A stretch of 63,326 bases of DNA, filler included, from Globobulimina sp. (GCA_003354225.1; 46 parts of 46 records of this genome joined end to end with filler, not necessarily neighbours in it), one strand, 5' to 3'. Counted from the first letter of the whole stretch, positions 12,136 to 24,053 are shown. Made by a program: numbers and translations. Notes: a model not told the origin generated them from the sequence alone.

Positions 12136-12319
12136 CAGCGGCACTCTATCCCTACAATTTGGTGTACACTGCATTTCCAGTCATGTTTGCTGCAGTATTT
12201 GATCGATATTATTCCAAACAAATTGCTAGACTCTGTCCAGAATTGTACGAGAATGGTCTGGCAAAGAACATGTTAACTTTTTGCAATTTCTGGGTAGTTC
12301 ATCTGAGGGTCATTCTTTT
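12136..12319 (+). pseudogene. P4-ATPase (phospholipid flippase) C-terminal fragment
   Basis: YNLVYTAFPVMFAAVFDR....LCPELYENG; the preceding FSG motif is in another frame and there is no upstream gene body in the contig. Confidence 0.7.
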
Positions 12320-12419
12320 NNNNNNNNNNNNNNNNNNNNNNNNNNNNNNNNNNNNNNNNNNNNTTAATTAATTAANNNNNNNNNNNNNNNNNNNNNNNNN
12401 NNNNNNNNNNNNNNNNNNN

Positions 12420-13698
12420 GTTTTTTCCGGAGGCGCTGGATTGTCTGTACCGGGAACTCTCGCATTGGATCTTGATTTAGCACGCATTGAATACAAGATC
12501 CAACAAGGAAAGCGAGGCCATGTGACCTACGCCAGTATGATGTCGATATCATTAATTGGCGCATGGACATCAACGGTGCTATTGGTATGAAGTACATTAT
12601 GCATTTAATCTATGTACTAATCGAACAATGGATAATTTACAGGCTTTTCTCATCGCGGCCATCATTGCATTCTTTACATTCATTCCAAATAATATCAGCA
12701 TGACACTAAACAATGGAATCTTATTCTTGCGGTCCATCACCGATGGATACGAACTGGCAATGCAAAACTTGCCACCATGCCAAGCAACTTCGTCACTAAA
12801 ACAATACTTTTCAAATGCACTTGAAACGTTTTATGAAATCCCATTTCCTATAATTCGGAAACAGTTTGATAGTGATACCGTCAATGCGTTATTCCCGATC
12901 CTCGCAGAAACGCCAATTATTGCGTACGATGTACAAGATATGATCTGGTTTGTTGGCAGCGTTTGGCGCTACATTTTTAGCGTTACCTCGCCCACCGATT
13001 ATATATTTCCAAGTGACAGATATTATCCATGTTAAGTACTTGTATATCTCCTCGTAATTAATCCTGTGCTGTGCTGTGCTGTTTGATTGCTAGTTACTGT
13101 GATATTGAATGATGCAAACGATACTTATTCAATCAATGGTGAATTTGTTGATTTATCTGCATTGTTTCCGGGCGTATTCGCGAAGCGTACAGAAGCTGAG
13201 AATGTAAGTCACATTCTCAGTTTTGATAATCGTTGGCATGTTTACAGAGTAATAACGGCTGTGAGAAGTACAGAGGAATTGCAAGATATACACAACAGCA
13301 TTTTGAATATTAGCGTACAATCAGTGCAGTTTTATGATCCTATGTACAATCAAGTTATTGTACTGAACAGACGTGGTCCGGATCCTCATCATTTTGTTCA
13401 TTCGGATGGATTATTTGATCTACAGTTTGTAGAAACAAATTGGACATTGACTGGTCCAAATATTAGCAGAACAGTGCACGGACTGCAACCTTTTGCATCT
13501 TTATCTGGAAACTTTGCAGAGGAATCATTTGGAATACATGTGCATGAAATTGAAGTCAATGTAACTGGTCCAAATGCAACAGAGCTGAATGGTATTTATT
13601 GCAGAATCAATTCCGCTGATCAATGGAGGTCAAATCAATTCAATTTATATGACCTCTCAGACCAAATAGATGCTCTATCCACATATATTAAAGTGGTA
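12420..13698 (+). CDS. Multi-exon hypothetical membrane protein, internal fragment
   Basis: Consecutive open frames separated by AT-rich GT..AG segments (~12585-12642 and ~13031-13093); no family recognised. Confidence 0.5.
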
Positions 13699-15359
13699 NN
13701 NNNNNNNNNNNNNNNNNNNNNNNNNNNNNNNNNNNNNNNNNNTTAATTAATTAANNNNNNNNNNNNNNNNNNNNNNNNNNNNNNNNNNNNNNNNNNNNGT
13801 CGAATATCCACTATAGTACAATAAATAATGACTCAAGAAAATTAACTACAGAAATGCACATAATATAGCTAACTACAATAAAATAACACATATACAAGAC
13901 AAAATTTACCATCGCCTCATATTGATCAGCCATCAACCAAAAGAAAGTACCAAATGTCTTTCATCATTCGATCAATAACTCATCGTAACAATTGAATGTA
14001 CCAGGATCTGTATTGAATATCAACTCTTTGCTCGTTTGCTCATTAAGTGCACTGGCTCATTCAGCTCATTCTATCACAAGAGACGGTTTGATGTTAAATA
14101 GTCGGCCGACGTTTACCGCTCTGTTCACTGTCTGATTCCACTCTCCACAAAACGCCCCTTCTACCTCAACCATATGATCTTTCTAAAGCTTCCAACATCC
14201 TGAATCCGCCGACAATATAACATTCACATCCAATGATAACCCGACAACATGTTTGCAACCATGTAGAAAGTTCACCATCAGAAAGTGATTAACATGCTTT
14301 GGGCTGAGAGATACTGAAAGTTGTTGGTGAGTAGGAACGCTGTCTCTTCAACTCTTCAACTCTTTTAACTCTTGACTCTTTTAACTCTTGACTGTATTAG
14401 GGTACGCCTAACACCATGAATGAGTTACTAAAAAATAAAGGAGAATATTACATAGAATCTAAAAAGAAAATATAATATCTGAAAGAAAATTTATATAGCC
14501 TAAAATAAAAGTATAATGTTCTTCCTGATTTACCATTGCCTTGCCATAACATCTTGGTCGATCATCGTGGACATCTGGTCAAACAATAGTGTTACTAAAA
14601 GAAAATATATAAATACACAAATTTTACTTGGGGATGTATTACAAAATGATACTTATAAAGGAAATTACATAATAAGGGGACGTTACAACAAAGCTACCAA
14701 TGCAACTACACTCCTATACCTAAAAGTTAATATCACGCAATATATACATATAATATTATACAATACATATCAAAACTTATCAATCCTCAACAGAAAAACG
14801 ATTTTTACATGCAATATAAATTTTTAAGAAAGAATGTTCACAATATACATTAAAATCAAACAGCAATAATATTAAAAAATGCAAATATTGTTCCTTTGAC
14901 CTTACACATTCCCATACCACGCTGGATATTTGTTGTTGCCACTGTTCTTTCAGTTCCATGATTCTAGCCAAAATTTGATCTGTCAACTGTCCAGATTCTG
15001 TTTGCACACTCTGTTTGTTCTTTTGCAGTGCTTGTTGTTCACAGTCAATCTCTTGTAATTCCACTGCTTTATGTTTTNNNNNNNNNNNNNNNNNNNNNNN
15101 NNNNNNNNNNNNNNNNNNNNNTTAATTAATTAANNNNNNNNNNNNNNNNNNNNNNNNNNNNNNNNNNNNNNNNNNNNGGTCTGTTAAATGGGAATTGTTA
15201 TATATGTAAAATTAAATAAAAGTTATTGTCCATATCGAAATTCGTAAATAAAACATTGCAGCATTAAAAAAATACCATTCATAGCGTACGTGAATTACTG
15301 CATAATAAAATAAAGAATCATTTTAAAAAAAAAAAACATTTTCAAAAACCTAATTCAAA

Positions 15360-16115
15360 TTGAAGCCCACAATCATTATTACTGGCGGTGCTGGAGGATT
15401 GGGTCGAGGAATGGCGATATCCATTGCTTCTTTGAAATGCTATAAATTGGCGTTGGTCGATATTAAAAACATGGATGAAACAATAAAATTATGTCACGGA
15501 GTTAATGAATATATTGAAATAAAAGCATATCAGATTGATATTTCAAACTCAAATGATTTAAAACGTACAATAAATAAAATCAATGCAGAATTTGGTCCAA
15601 TATCAAGTTTAATTAATAATGCAGGATTAATATATTTGAATGAAATAGATTCATCAACCATAGATTTGTCAGAAGCAGATAACATTTTAAATGTTAATTT
15701 AAGAGCAGCAATACATTGTACATCTCACTGTGTGCCATATATCAAACAGACCAAATGGCAATATCCACATACTCAGTGTGCAGTAATTGTGATGTGTTCA
15801 GATACGTCAACGGTAAGAGCTGTAGGTAAAGATAAAGGGATTTATGCTTCTACAAAGTGGGCACTTTTAGGATTTACAGAGTGTTTATTTGATGAGTTGC
15901 GTGAGTATGGAATAAAAGTCAGCGCCATATTACCTGGATGGGCCAATACTGATCAACCACGAAAATATAACCAAGGTAAGGTTAATTGGGAAAAATGTGT
16001 ACAGCCCTCTGACATTGGAGAAGCTGTCAAATATATATTGACTTGTAGTGATACTGTATGTCCATTTAAACTTTGTTTATGGCCACAAAGAAATCCTACA
16101 AAATCAAAACTATAA
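15360..16115 (+). CDS. Short-chain dehydrogenase/reductase with C-terminal PTS1 (SKL)
   Basis: TGGAGGLG, INNAG, YASTK, PGW, ends SKL*; no in-frame ATG is visible at the 5' end. Confidence 0.93.
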   Translation: MKPTIIITGGAGGLGRGMAISIASLKCYKLALVDIKNMDETIKLCHGVNEYIEIKAYQIDISNSNDLKRTINKINAEFGPISSLINNAGLIYLNEIDSSTIDLSEADNILNVNLRAAIHCTSHCVPYIKQTKWQYPHTQCAVIVMCSDTSTVRAVGKDKGIYASTKWALLGFTECLFDELREYGIKVSAILPGWANTDQPRKYNQGKVNWEKCVQPSDIGEAVKYILTCSDTVCPFKLCLWPQRNPTKSKL

Positions 16116-16585
16116 TTTTAATCATTCTCTCGTTTTGTAATTTATATCTCGAACGTGCAAGAATGTCAAATGTTTTTCAGTAATGCTAAAACTTAATTGC
16201 ATGCAAGACCAAACCGGTCGATTACATTACATATCGGATTTAGAGTATACAGTGCCATTTATTTAATTTATATATTTTATTTCGAAAAGTGAACAATCAC
16301 AATGAATATAACAATCATTAATATATATTATATAAAAAATTACTTTTCAGGATGTTAAAAATTACTTTTCAGGATTCTTTTTGCACTTTTTTTGTCATAC
16401 AATCCTTGAGCCACAATCAAATTCACAACGGATGCAACAGAAACTGATTCGTTTTGNNNNNNNNNNNNNNNNNNNNNNNNNNNNNNNNNNNNNNNNNNNN
16501 TTAATTAATTAANNNNNNNNNNNNNNNNNNNNNNNNNNNNNNNNNNNNNNNNNNNNTTACAAATATATTTTAATAAATAAATAAG

Positions 16586-16957
16586 GTGTATTGTTTTGGA
16601 GAGAATGGGTCGTATCAATGTGGCAATGGTTCAAATGAAACTGTATGTTTACCGCAACCAAATGAAACATTAAAAAAGGAAACAATTATTGATATTAAAT
16701 GTGGTAAGTCTCATAATATTGTTAAAACAGTGGATAATAAATATTATTTATGGGGATACAATGGATATAATCAATGTTAAAATCCGGGATACAATGGATT
16801 TATGGGGATACAATGGATGATTTTTTGTGATGCAAATCCGCCGTCAAATATTAAAAAACCATTATTATTTAATTCAAATTATTTTGATACAGATGAAGAA
16901 ATACTTGAAATGTATCCTGGATCCAATGAAACACGAATAATAATTTGTAAACTTTAA
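16586..16957 (+). pseudogene. RCC1-repeat protein C-terminus disrupted by a ~40-nt insertion
   Basis: VYCFGENGSYQCG, IKCGKSHNI, LWGYNGYNQC, then a stop inside the inserted duplication; coding sequence resumes IFCDANPP...EMYPGSNETRIIICKL*. Confidence 0.75.
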
Positions 16958-17066
16958 CGAAGATGAAAAAAAAGTGACTTTTTTTGTATATTTTGTTTGG
17001 TGGCTAATATAAACTATAATTGTCTAAATTTATATTGAGTTAAATAAATAAATTTATATTATTTCC

Positions 17067-17218
17067 CTGTAGATTGGTTAGAAATGATTTGGTGGAGACG
17101 CGTACACCTTGCCATGCGTGTAAATGCCGGGGTGCGTACAAGCGTACTCTACCTCGTATTTATATTTCTGAGATCGATCTGAAATTCTGATCTAAAGTAC
17201 TTTTTAACCAATCTACGG
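17067..17218. mobile_element. Putative MITE (~150 bp)
   Basis: GTAGATTGGTTA (17069-17080) and its reverse complement TAACCAATCTAC (17205-17216) bound a more GC-rich core in AT-rich DNA. Confidence 0.5.
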
Positions 17219-17432
17219 CTAACATTTACAGCCTCAAAAATACGCGTTTGCTGCTCTGAGGGCAAGGCACTGTACACCGGCAATATTATCAACGGTTCTG
17301 TGAAAACACCAACATATCGCCACTGGGCTCCGTTTTCTGTTTAATTATATAATGGATAAAAAAGGTGTTGGTTATAACTTATATTTAAAGTGAAGGTGTT
17401 GGCACAATAACTTTTTGAAAAAACGTGTTTAA

Positions 17433-17835
17433 TTATTTTTCTTGCTTAATCTGTTGAATATGTTTTTGTCTCAATGCAGGAATATTGGTAGGTCTTCGAA
17501 TTTGGGCTGTTTCTCTCGGCGGAACTGATGATTGCTTGCAATTGTTTATACTTTGTATGCTTTGTACACTTTGCGTATCATCGTTTAGTGCATTATTATT
17601 ATTATTCTGTTGATAGTTATCCTGTGTAACAGTTTGAACCCATTGATAAAATGCTGAATATATTTGTCGCAATTGTTCATATTTTTGATGTTCCACCATT
17701 TGATGGCATCGTTTCCTTTCATTCCTTATTTGTTCTGATTTTTCTTGCGCTCTCGTTTCCAAATCAAGATGGGATGCTTTTATCTTATTTTCAATGGCAG
17801 ATACCGCGCTTTTTACTTGTTGCACTGCATCATTT
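17433..17835 (-). CDS. Coiled-coil protein, C-terminal fragment
   Basis: Q/E/K-rich heptad ORF open from the contig edge. Confidence 0.5.
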
Positions 17836-17935
17836 NNNNNNNNNNNNNNNNNNNNNNNNNNNNNNNNNNNNNNNNNNNNTTAATTAATTAANNNNNNNNN
17901 NNNNNNNNNNNNNNNNNNNNNNNNNNNNNNNNNNN

Positions 17936-18420
17936 AACCGCGCCATTTGAGTCTTGTTCGTCCGTCATCAATGCCAAGTAATTCGCAATGAAGGATTGCA
18001 TATTGAAATTGATACAAAATGTGTCGGCGCTCAGTGCCGCATCGTCCATCCAACCAAGTCGCGATCTCTCATCTCTTTGATTACAATCAGTGGCTACAGA
18101 TTTTAAATTGGATAATTGACCATTTATACATCGGTCATTCACTGTATTGAAGGTTTGATCCGACGACGTCCAATTTGCACGCATTCCGACATTGGCAGAA
18201 ACCTCTAATTTCTCAATGTCATTTACAGTGAGCGTACGGGGATAACCCCATACTTCCATGTATCTAAAACCTGCATGGTAAAGAAGGGCGTATAACGTCC
18301 TGAGGAATTGCCACCGGATACAAACGTATCATAGTGCTGCGCAGTGCGTAAATTACCATAATATAACTCACCATTTGCTGTTGCTAAAATATTTTGGAAC
18401 GCTGCAGATCGACAAATGGA
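17936..18420 (-). pseudogene. GH78 alpha-L-rhamnosidase remnant
   Basis: NLRTAQHYDTF, PFFT-[frameshift ~18272]-GFRYMEV, ATDCNQRDERSRLGWMDDA (canonical PTDCPQRDERLGWxGDA). Confidence 0.8.
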
Positions 18421-19893
18421 ATGTTCAGAGTTGGATGAACTATAAACAATAAAAATTCTGCTCACATTGATACCTTTAAATTTAATATTCCATATGAATT
18501 AATTATTCACTCTGTGTTTGTCATAGATTTGAATCATTGTCACATTTTTTTATTCCAGATAAGACTTATGTTTTGAAACATAAGTTTGTTAAAACTTGTG
18601 TTTGTTGATGCATACATAAACTGTGCACAAATTATTTTGATTTTGTTGTAAACGTTGGTCATGAGAAACTCAAGTTCAGATCGCAGTTTATTCTGAGTCA
18701 CTAAAATCTCTAGCTTGCCATGCTCAAAAAAAGTAAAAAAAGATAGCTCTGGTTTTTCAAAAATGTAAGCTTTCATGTGCTCAAACATTGAGTTTGAAAT
18801 AAAATGTGGATGTGTTAGTAATGCATGGGATATTCGAACTGGAAGTAGTAGATTGGACAGACTTATTTATTGTGGATTTTTGTTATAATTGTTTTGAATT
18901 ATTTTATAGAAACAACTCAAATGATTGGAATGTCAAACCATTTGAAACAGACAGAATCATATCAAATGGTAAATTGTTTCTGCGCGTTCCAGTGTTGTTA
19001 ACTGATTACACTTGGCACTGAAACTTGATGTTGACTCTCAAAAACCTGTCCGCATTTTGACAGACAAAAAGACCGCAAAAAATGCAAAAGACCACAAAAG
19101 ATGTTGCGTTTTGAAAGGAACAAGTTTTAACAGTCAAGTTCAGCGACTCTTTCCTTTGGCAAACAAACAACAGACAGCAATTACAATCAACAGTCGCATT
19201 AAAGAGGAATGGAANNNNNNNNNNNNNNNNNNNNNNNNNNNNNNNNNNNNNNNNNNNNTTAATTAATTAANNNNNNNNNNNNNNNNNNNNNNNNNNNNNN
19301 NNNNNNNNNNNNNNTATTGTTTCTGAGAAACGAAGGCAAACCTATATAATTTTTGCCTTTGTCAGTCACCAGAAACGGTTTGCATCTACCTTACCCCAAT
19401 AAAAATCTGACGCTGAAAACCGGATGCTCTTTTCAATATAAAAGGTTACGTTCCTGAACCAAACAGTAACAAAATATTTAGTTACAACTTACAATGTACC
19501 AACAATGCATACTCAATGCACTCCAAAATATCCATATAATAAAATTAATTAACAAATTGTAATTATTTAAAATGTAAGCTTATCAAATATCGATCTCATT
19601 AATTCTTCTCCAGACTTATTACAGATTGATAGTCCTTGGTATATCGTTTTTAGCAGTGGGTCTAAATCCAATCAGGACCAACGTCCGATTCCAGACTCAC
19701 AGATTGCTTGGACATCCCTGTGAGAATTAAGACTTAAGAGTTTTTATCTACACTTAACTAACTAACTAACTTTAACTTTAACTAACTTTAACTAACTATT
19801 TAATCTGTACTTTTCCAGTAACTTCTACAAACAAATCCCTTCGTGTTGCAAGTGTTTCGATTGAAATAAATAAATAAATACCTTAATTAAATA

Positions 19894-20593
19894 ATGTCAC
19901 AAGATGAACCAGGATCTAGTAAGCCTATTGACAATATACCAATGGCTAAGCAAGCATTAGCTCAAAAGCGTGATGTGCGTGATTTAAATACTAGATTAGA
20001 AATGTATGTACGAGCGCAAGCAGAAAAAACACGAAACGTAAATCAATTAAAAAACCAATTAGCTAAACAAGAAATGGAATTAAACGCCAAAATCAAGCAA
20101 CAACAGTTACAATTTCAAGATAATATCGAAAAATTAAGAAAAGAAAATGAAAATTTAGCATACGACAATAAATGTACTCATCAAGATTTAACAAATGCGA
20201 CTTTGTATGTTCCCTTTATTTTGTTTCCCGAATTAAATCCGTATGCAATTTCTTGATTTTTCAACTCAAAAATAAATAATACACATAAAATCTACTAAAT
20301 AGTTCAAAAAAAGAGTTAGAAGATCGATTATTATCATCAGAAGAGAAGAATGCTGCATTAACCTCAGAATGTGGTAATTTTCGTGTTGATTTAAATCGAC
20401 ATAAACAAGAATTAGACGCTCTACGTAAAGAATACGCATCCATTAAATATAAATATGAGTCGTATGAATCAGAACGAAGTTCGTTTGAAGACCGAATGAA
20501 TAAACAGAAAATTAAAAATGAACAATTATTACGCGAAGTCACCCAAAAAGAGACCAATTTAAAAGCTGAAAAAGAGACCTTTTCCCGTGTAAT
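19894..20593 (+). CDS. Lamin/intermediate-filament-like coiled-coil protein; intron 20205-20302; 3'-partial
   Basis: Short head, then QKRDVRDLNTRLEMYV (IF coil-1A consensus EKxxLxxLNxRLAxYI) and a continuous coiled coil; the phase-2 intron restores the frame. Confidence 0.65.
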
Positions 20594-20694
20594 NNNNNNN
20601 NNNNNNNNNNNNNNNNNNNNNNNNNNNNNNNNNNNNNTTAATTAATTAANNNNNNNNNNNNNNNNNNNNNNNNNNNNNNNNNNNNNNNNNNNNT

Positions 20695-21972
20695 ATTTCT
20701 GAATATGCTGATTTGAAAATTAATAGCCTTGAACTTGATGATATTACAACAACAAAAGTTAATCTAGAATTAGATCAGGTTATTAATGAATCAAAGGAAA
20801 CTATGTTTACAGACTCTGTTTTCACTGGAACAACAGATGTGGCTGATTTAATTATTAGAGGAGATATAAATCAAATATCTGGTGATGACTTAATATCTCA
20901 AGCAACCAAGATAGAGGTTTCAGACCCTTTGACATTGTTGGCAAAAGGAAATATTTCAAATGCCTATGATATTGGTTTCTTGGGCGAAAGAAGTGGTGAC
21001 AATGTTGGATTCATTTGGGATGAATCTGAAGATGAGTTCACATTTGTAAAAACTACAGATGATGGTTCTGTTTCTGGAAATGTTACTATTTCTGAATATG
21101 TTGATTTGAAAATTAACAATATTAGTGTGGTAGGAAAAACAATAAATGCACTTGAATCAGACATCTCTTCTGGATACAGATTTTTTCACGATACAGATAA
21201 TAAAGTTAAAATGCAAGTAAGAGGGGTGTCTGCTGATATTAATTCTGGATGGAATGATGTATTTCATATTGATGAAGAGCTAGGATGGTTTAGATTGCAA
21301 AAAAATCTTTTTGTTACTGGTGCCACTAATCTTACTGGTACAACAACAATTAAGGAAACTCATGTTCAAGGCAATTTATACTTTAGTGGTGATGGTCAAT
21401 TAAATGGTCGAGATATAGGGGACTATATTTTAAATGATAATACTGCCTTAGTTGATTCTAGAACTTGTGACAATACATTTGATGATATAGCTACAACAAA
21501 AATTAATTTAGGATTAGACCAGGTCACCAATGAGTCTAAAGACACCATGTTTGAAGTGCCAACATTTACAAATTCTACAAATACAACAAGTAAAGTTCAG
21601 TATGGAGCTACATCTGGTAGAATGTACATGAGAATATATGATGATACTGGTGCCACTGCTTTAAATATTTTAAGTTCGACTGTTGGTGGTATTCAAGGTA
21701 CTTTTACAAAAGGTGGTTTAGATGTTGCAGGAAGAATTTATTCTAACTATGCTGCTTCTTTTATTAGAAGCAATGGCAATAATAAAACAGTTGTTACTAA
21801 AGAATATATAGATACTTATTTTGGTTTAGACAAAGCTACAATGTTTACTGATTCTGTATTAACAGGAACAGCTGATGTAGCTGATTTAATTATTAGAGGA
21901 GATGTAACTCATTTAGGAGACACCCATATATCAGAAGCAACTAAGATAGAGGTTTCAGACCCATTGACATTA
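20695..21972 (+). CDS. Virus-like (phage/NCLDV) fibre or structural repeat protein, partial at both ends
   Basis: Contig-spanning intronless ORF; modules IEVSDPLTLLAKGN..DIGFLGERSGDNVGFIWDESEDEF and LGLDQVTNESKDTMF are duplicated internally; CpG is very rare. Confidence 0.65.
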
Positions 21973-22543
21973 NNNNNNNNNNNNNNNNNNNNNNNNNNNN
22001 NNNNNNNNNNNNNNNNTTAATTAATTAANNNNNNNNNNNNNNNNNNNNNNNNNNNNNNNNNNNNNNNNNNNNTCTGCTCTCCAGCTTGCCGTCTGCTCGA
22101 GTGAGCTGCTTCTGTATGAGCAGTACGTGGCAAGAGTCCCATTCGAATCGCTGCTCCAGATGATACACTATCGTGATTGACTGATCGTTCCTTCTTGGCT
22201 CGTTGCCGCTTCTGTCTATCCATTCATCGTTTCTCCTCTTCTTCTTCTTCTTCTTGTCTCCTTTCTTCATCTCTTCCTTGTTTCCATTCCAATATCATCT
22301 GTTTCCATTCTTTCCGTTCTTGTATCCGACATTCTTCCTCTTCTTCCCGTTCTTGCTTCCACTCTGACAGTAATCGTTCGGCTTCTCGTCTCCATTCCCA
22401 TGTGGGTTCTATCCATGTCACTTGAGTGTAGCCTGTTGGAACTTCTCGTTGTCGGTTGCCATTGGTCTGTCCGTATCGTCGTTGCTGTGTCATCCTGCAC
22501 TTGTCCATCATGCACCAAGGTCAGGTAGTAGGCTCTTCTCGCC

Positions 22544-22568
22544 AATCGATGCCGAAGGTTCTCCACCA
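22544..22568 (-). other. Primer-binding site, tRNA-Ala-like
   Basis: TGGTGGAGAACCTTCGGCATCGAT begins 2 nt after the LTR; it resembles the complement of the eukaryotic tRNA-Ala 3' end (TGGTGGAGAATGCGGGCATCGAT). Confidence 0.7.
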
Positions 22569-22570
22569 CT

Positions 22571-22747
22571 TGAAGGGCCAGAGAGACGCGTGTGTGTAGA
22601 AAAGCAACCTTTACTAGGCGCTACAAAGGACAACAATGTAAAATACTAACAAAGGGCGGCTTATATACTAGGCAGGAAATGCCATACCTAGAATGCGCAT
22701 AACTACATATTTATCATAGATCACATATCACAGGGGCGGCTCCTTCA
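22571..22747 (-). repeat. 177-bp LTR
   Basis: 6-bp terminal inverted repeats TGAAGG/CCTTCA; internal TATATAA and AGTAAA on the minus strand; flanked by PPT and PBS. Confidence 0.85.
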
Positions 22748-23124
22748 CTCCCCCCTTTTGAGTGGCGTTTCTTGGCTGTTCTGAGTCGACCTTCTGTCCT
22801 GAATGTTTGATCTTTGGTCGACGTCTGGCTAACATTTGAATTCGTGATCGTCTCGCCATGCTCTGATGATGTGATTCGTCTGATTTGTATCTGACCTTCC
22901 AATCTCGACGTTTCCATTGTTGGTGTCGTCGCCATACCTTCCATTGGGGTGTCTGCCAACCGTTCTCCCCTTCTTGACCATTCTTCTCATGTATCCATCC
23001 TTTAGTGACTGGTTCCTTTGATCGTTGGGGATTTCCACCCATCCACCTCCTTCTGACTTGGTCCATATTTGTTCGATGCCTTTTCCTCTTCACTCGTCTC
23101 ATTCCATGGACCTTCATCTGTCGT

Positions 23125-23318
23125 TGTGCCACTCCAGGCTTAACATTTGAACGATGTGCCACTCCGGGCTTGCTACGACTTGCCATACATGAACGATTTG
23201 CCACTCCGGGCTTGCTACACAAACGATATGCCACTCTGGGCTTTGCATCTGAACAATGTGCCACTCCGGGCTTGCTACGACTTGCCACACATGAACGATT
23301 TGCCACTTTGGGCTTTGT
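23125..23318. repeat. Coding minisatellite with 30- and 42-nt units
   Basis: Six TGCCACTY(C/T)RGGCTT cores; all unit lengths are multiples of 3 and encode KPGVAxR on the minus strand. Confidence 0.9.
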
Positions 23319-23451
23319 ATGGACTTGCTCGACCCATAAGGGTTTCTTCTTNNNNNNNNNNNNNNNNNNNNNNNNNNNNNNNNNNNNNNNNNNNNTTAAT
23401 TAATTAANNNNNNNNNNNNNNNNNNNNNNNNNNNNNNNNNNNNNNNNNNNN

Positions 23452-23616
23452 TAAACATATTTCTTCATCATTATGATTGCAGCCTAATTCCACCGCATCA
23501 CAACAAACTGAGCCACAATCAGCACATAAATATTCTTCGATTCTTATCTCCTCTTCAAATAATTGCCTATTCCATCCTTTATTATTCACCTTTAGCAATG
23601 AAAGTACTTCATTCAT
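23452..23616 (-). CDS. TRAF-type RING finger protein, N-terminus
   Basis: GWNRQLF...EYLCADCGSVCCDAVELGCNH. Confidence 0.7.
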
Positions 23617-24053
23617 CTGACCACTTAAAAAACATTTAACAAAAAAAAACAGCCTCTGTCTGGAAATTTAGGTATTTGAAAGTAGCAACATCGTAGCGTT
23701 GGCGGTGTCGACTCGAAAGTGCGATGTAATATCCATATAGGGCGGCATTTTTAGTTCGCACCAGAATTTTAGTATTGGTTCGCGCCGAAAACACTTTACG
23801 GATCGCCCTCATATTAGTATCTTAGTGAAGTTACTGAAGTATAAAAATGGAAACGGAGTCAGATTTTTTCTGGAAATGAGTAAATGACAAATTGATAGCA
23901 AAGCAAACAACATCCAAACAATCCAACAAAACAATAGAGGAGAAAACAAAAGTTGAATAAAGGAATTCTATGCAGACTAAGCCACAAAAAGTCGTATATT
24001 TTTATCCAATAACAAACATAAAATACATAATACAAAAAATAAATTTATTTAAT

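Larger units (their letters stand above)
22073..23351 (-). mobile_element. Ty3/Gypsy-like LTR retrotransposon junction: 3' internal region, PPT, LTR, PBS, gag-like start
   Basis: Minus strand: PPT AAAAGGGGGAG, LTR TGAAGG...CCTTCA, PBS TGGTGGAGAA, then an E/R-rich coiled-coil gag-like sequence with frame disruptions. Confidence 0.85.

Noticed and set aside
13960-14400. Possible degenerate minus-strand coding segment with short CTCTT(C/G/TTA)A repeats
   Set aside because: It has in-frame stops and no recognisable family, so it cannot be supported.
18480-19213. Short ORFs next to the GH78 remnant
   Set aside because: Fragmentary, with no motif recognised.
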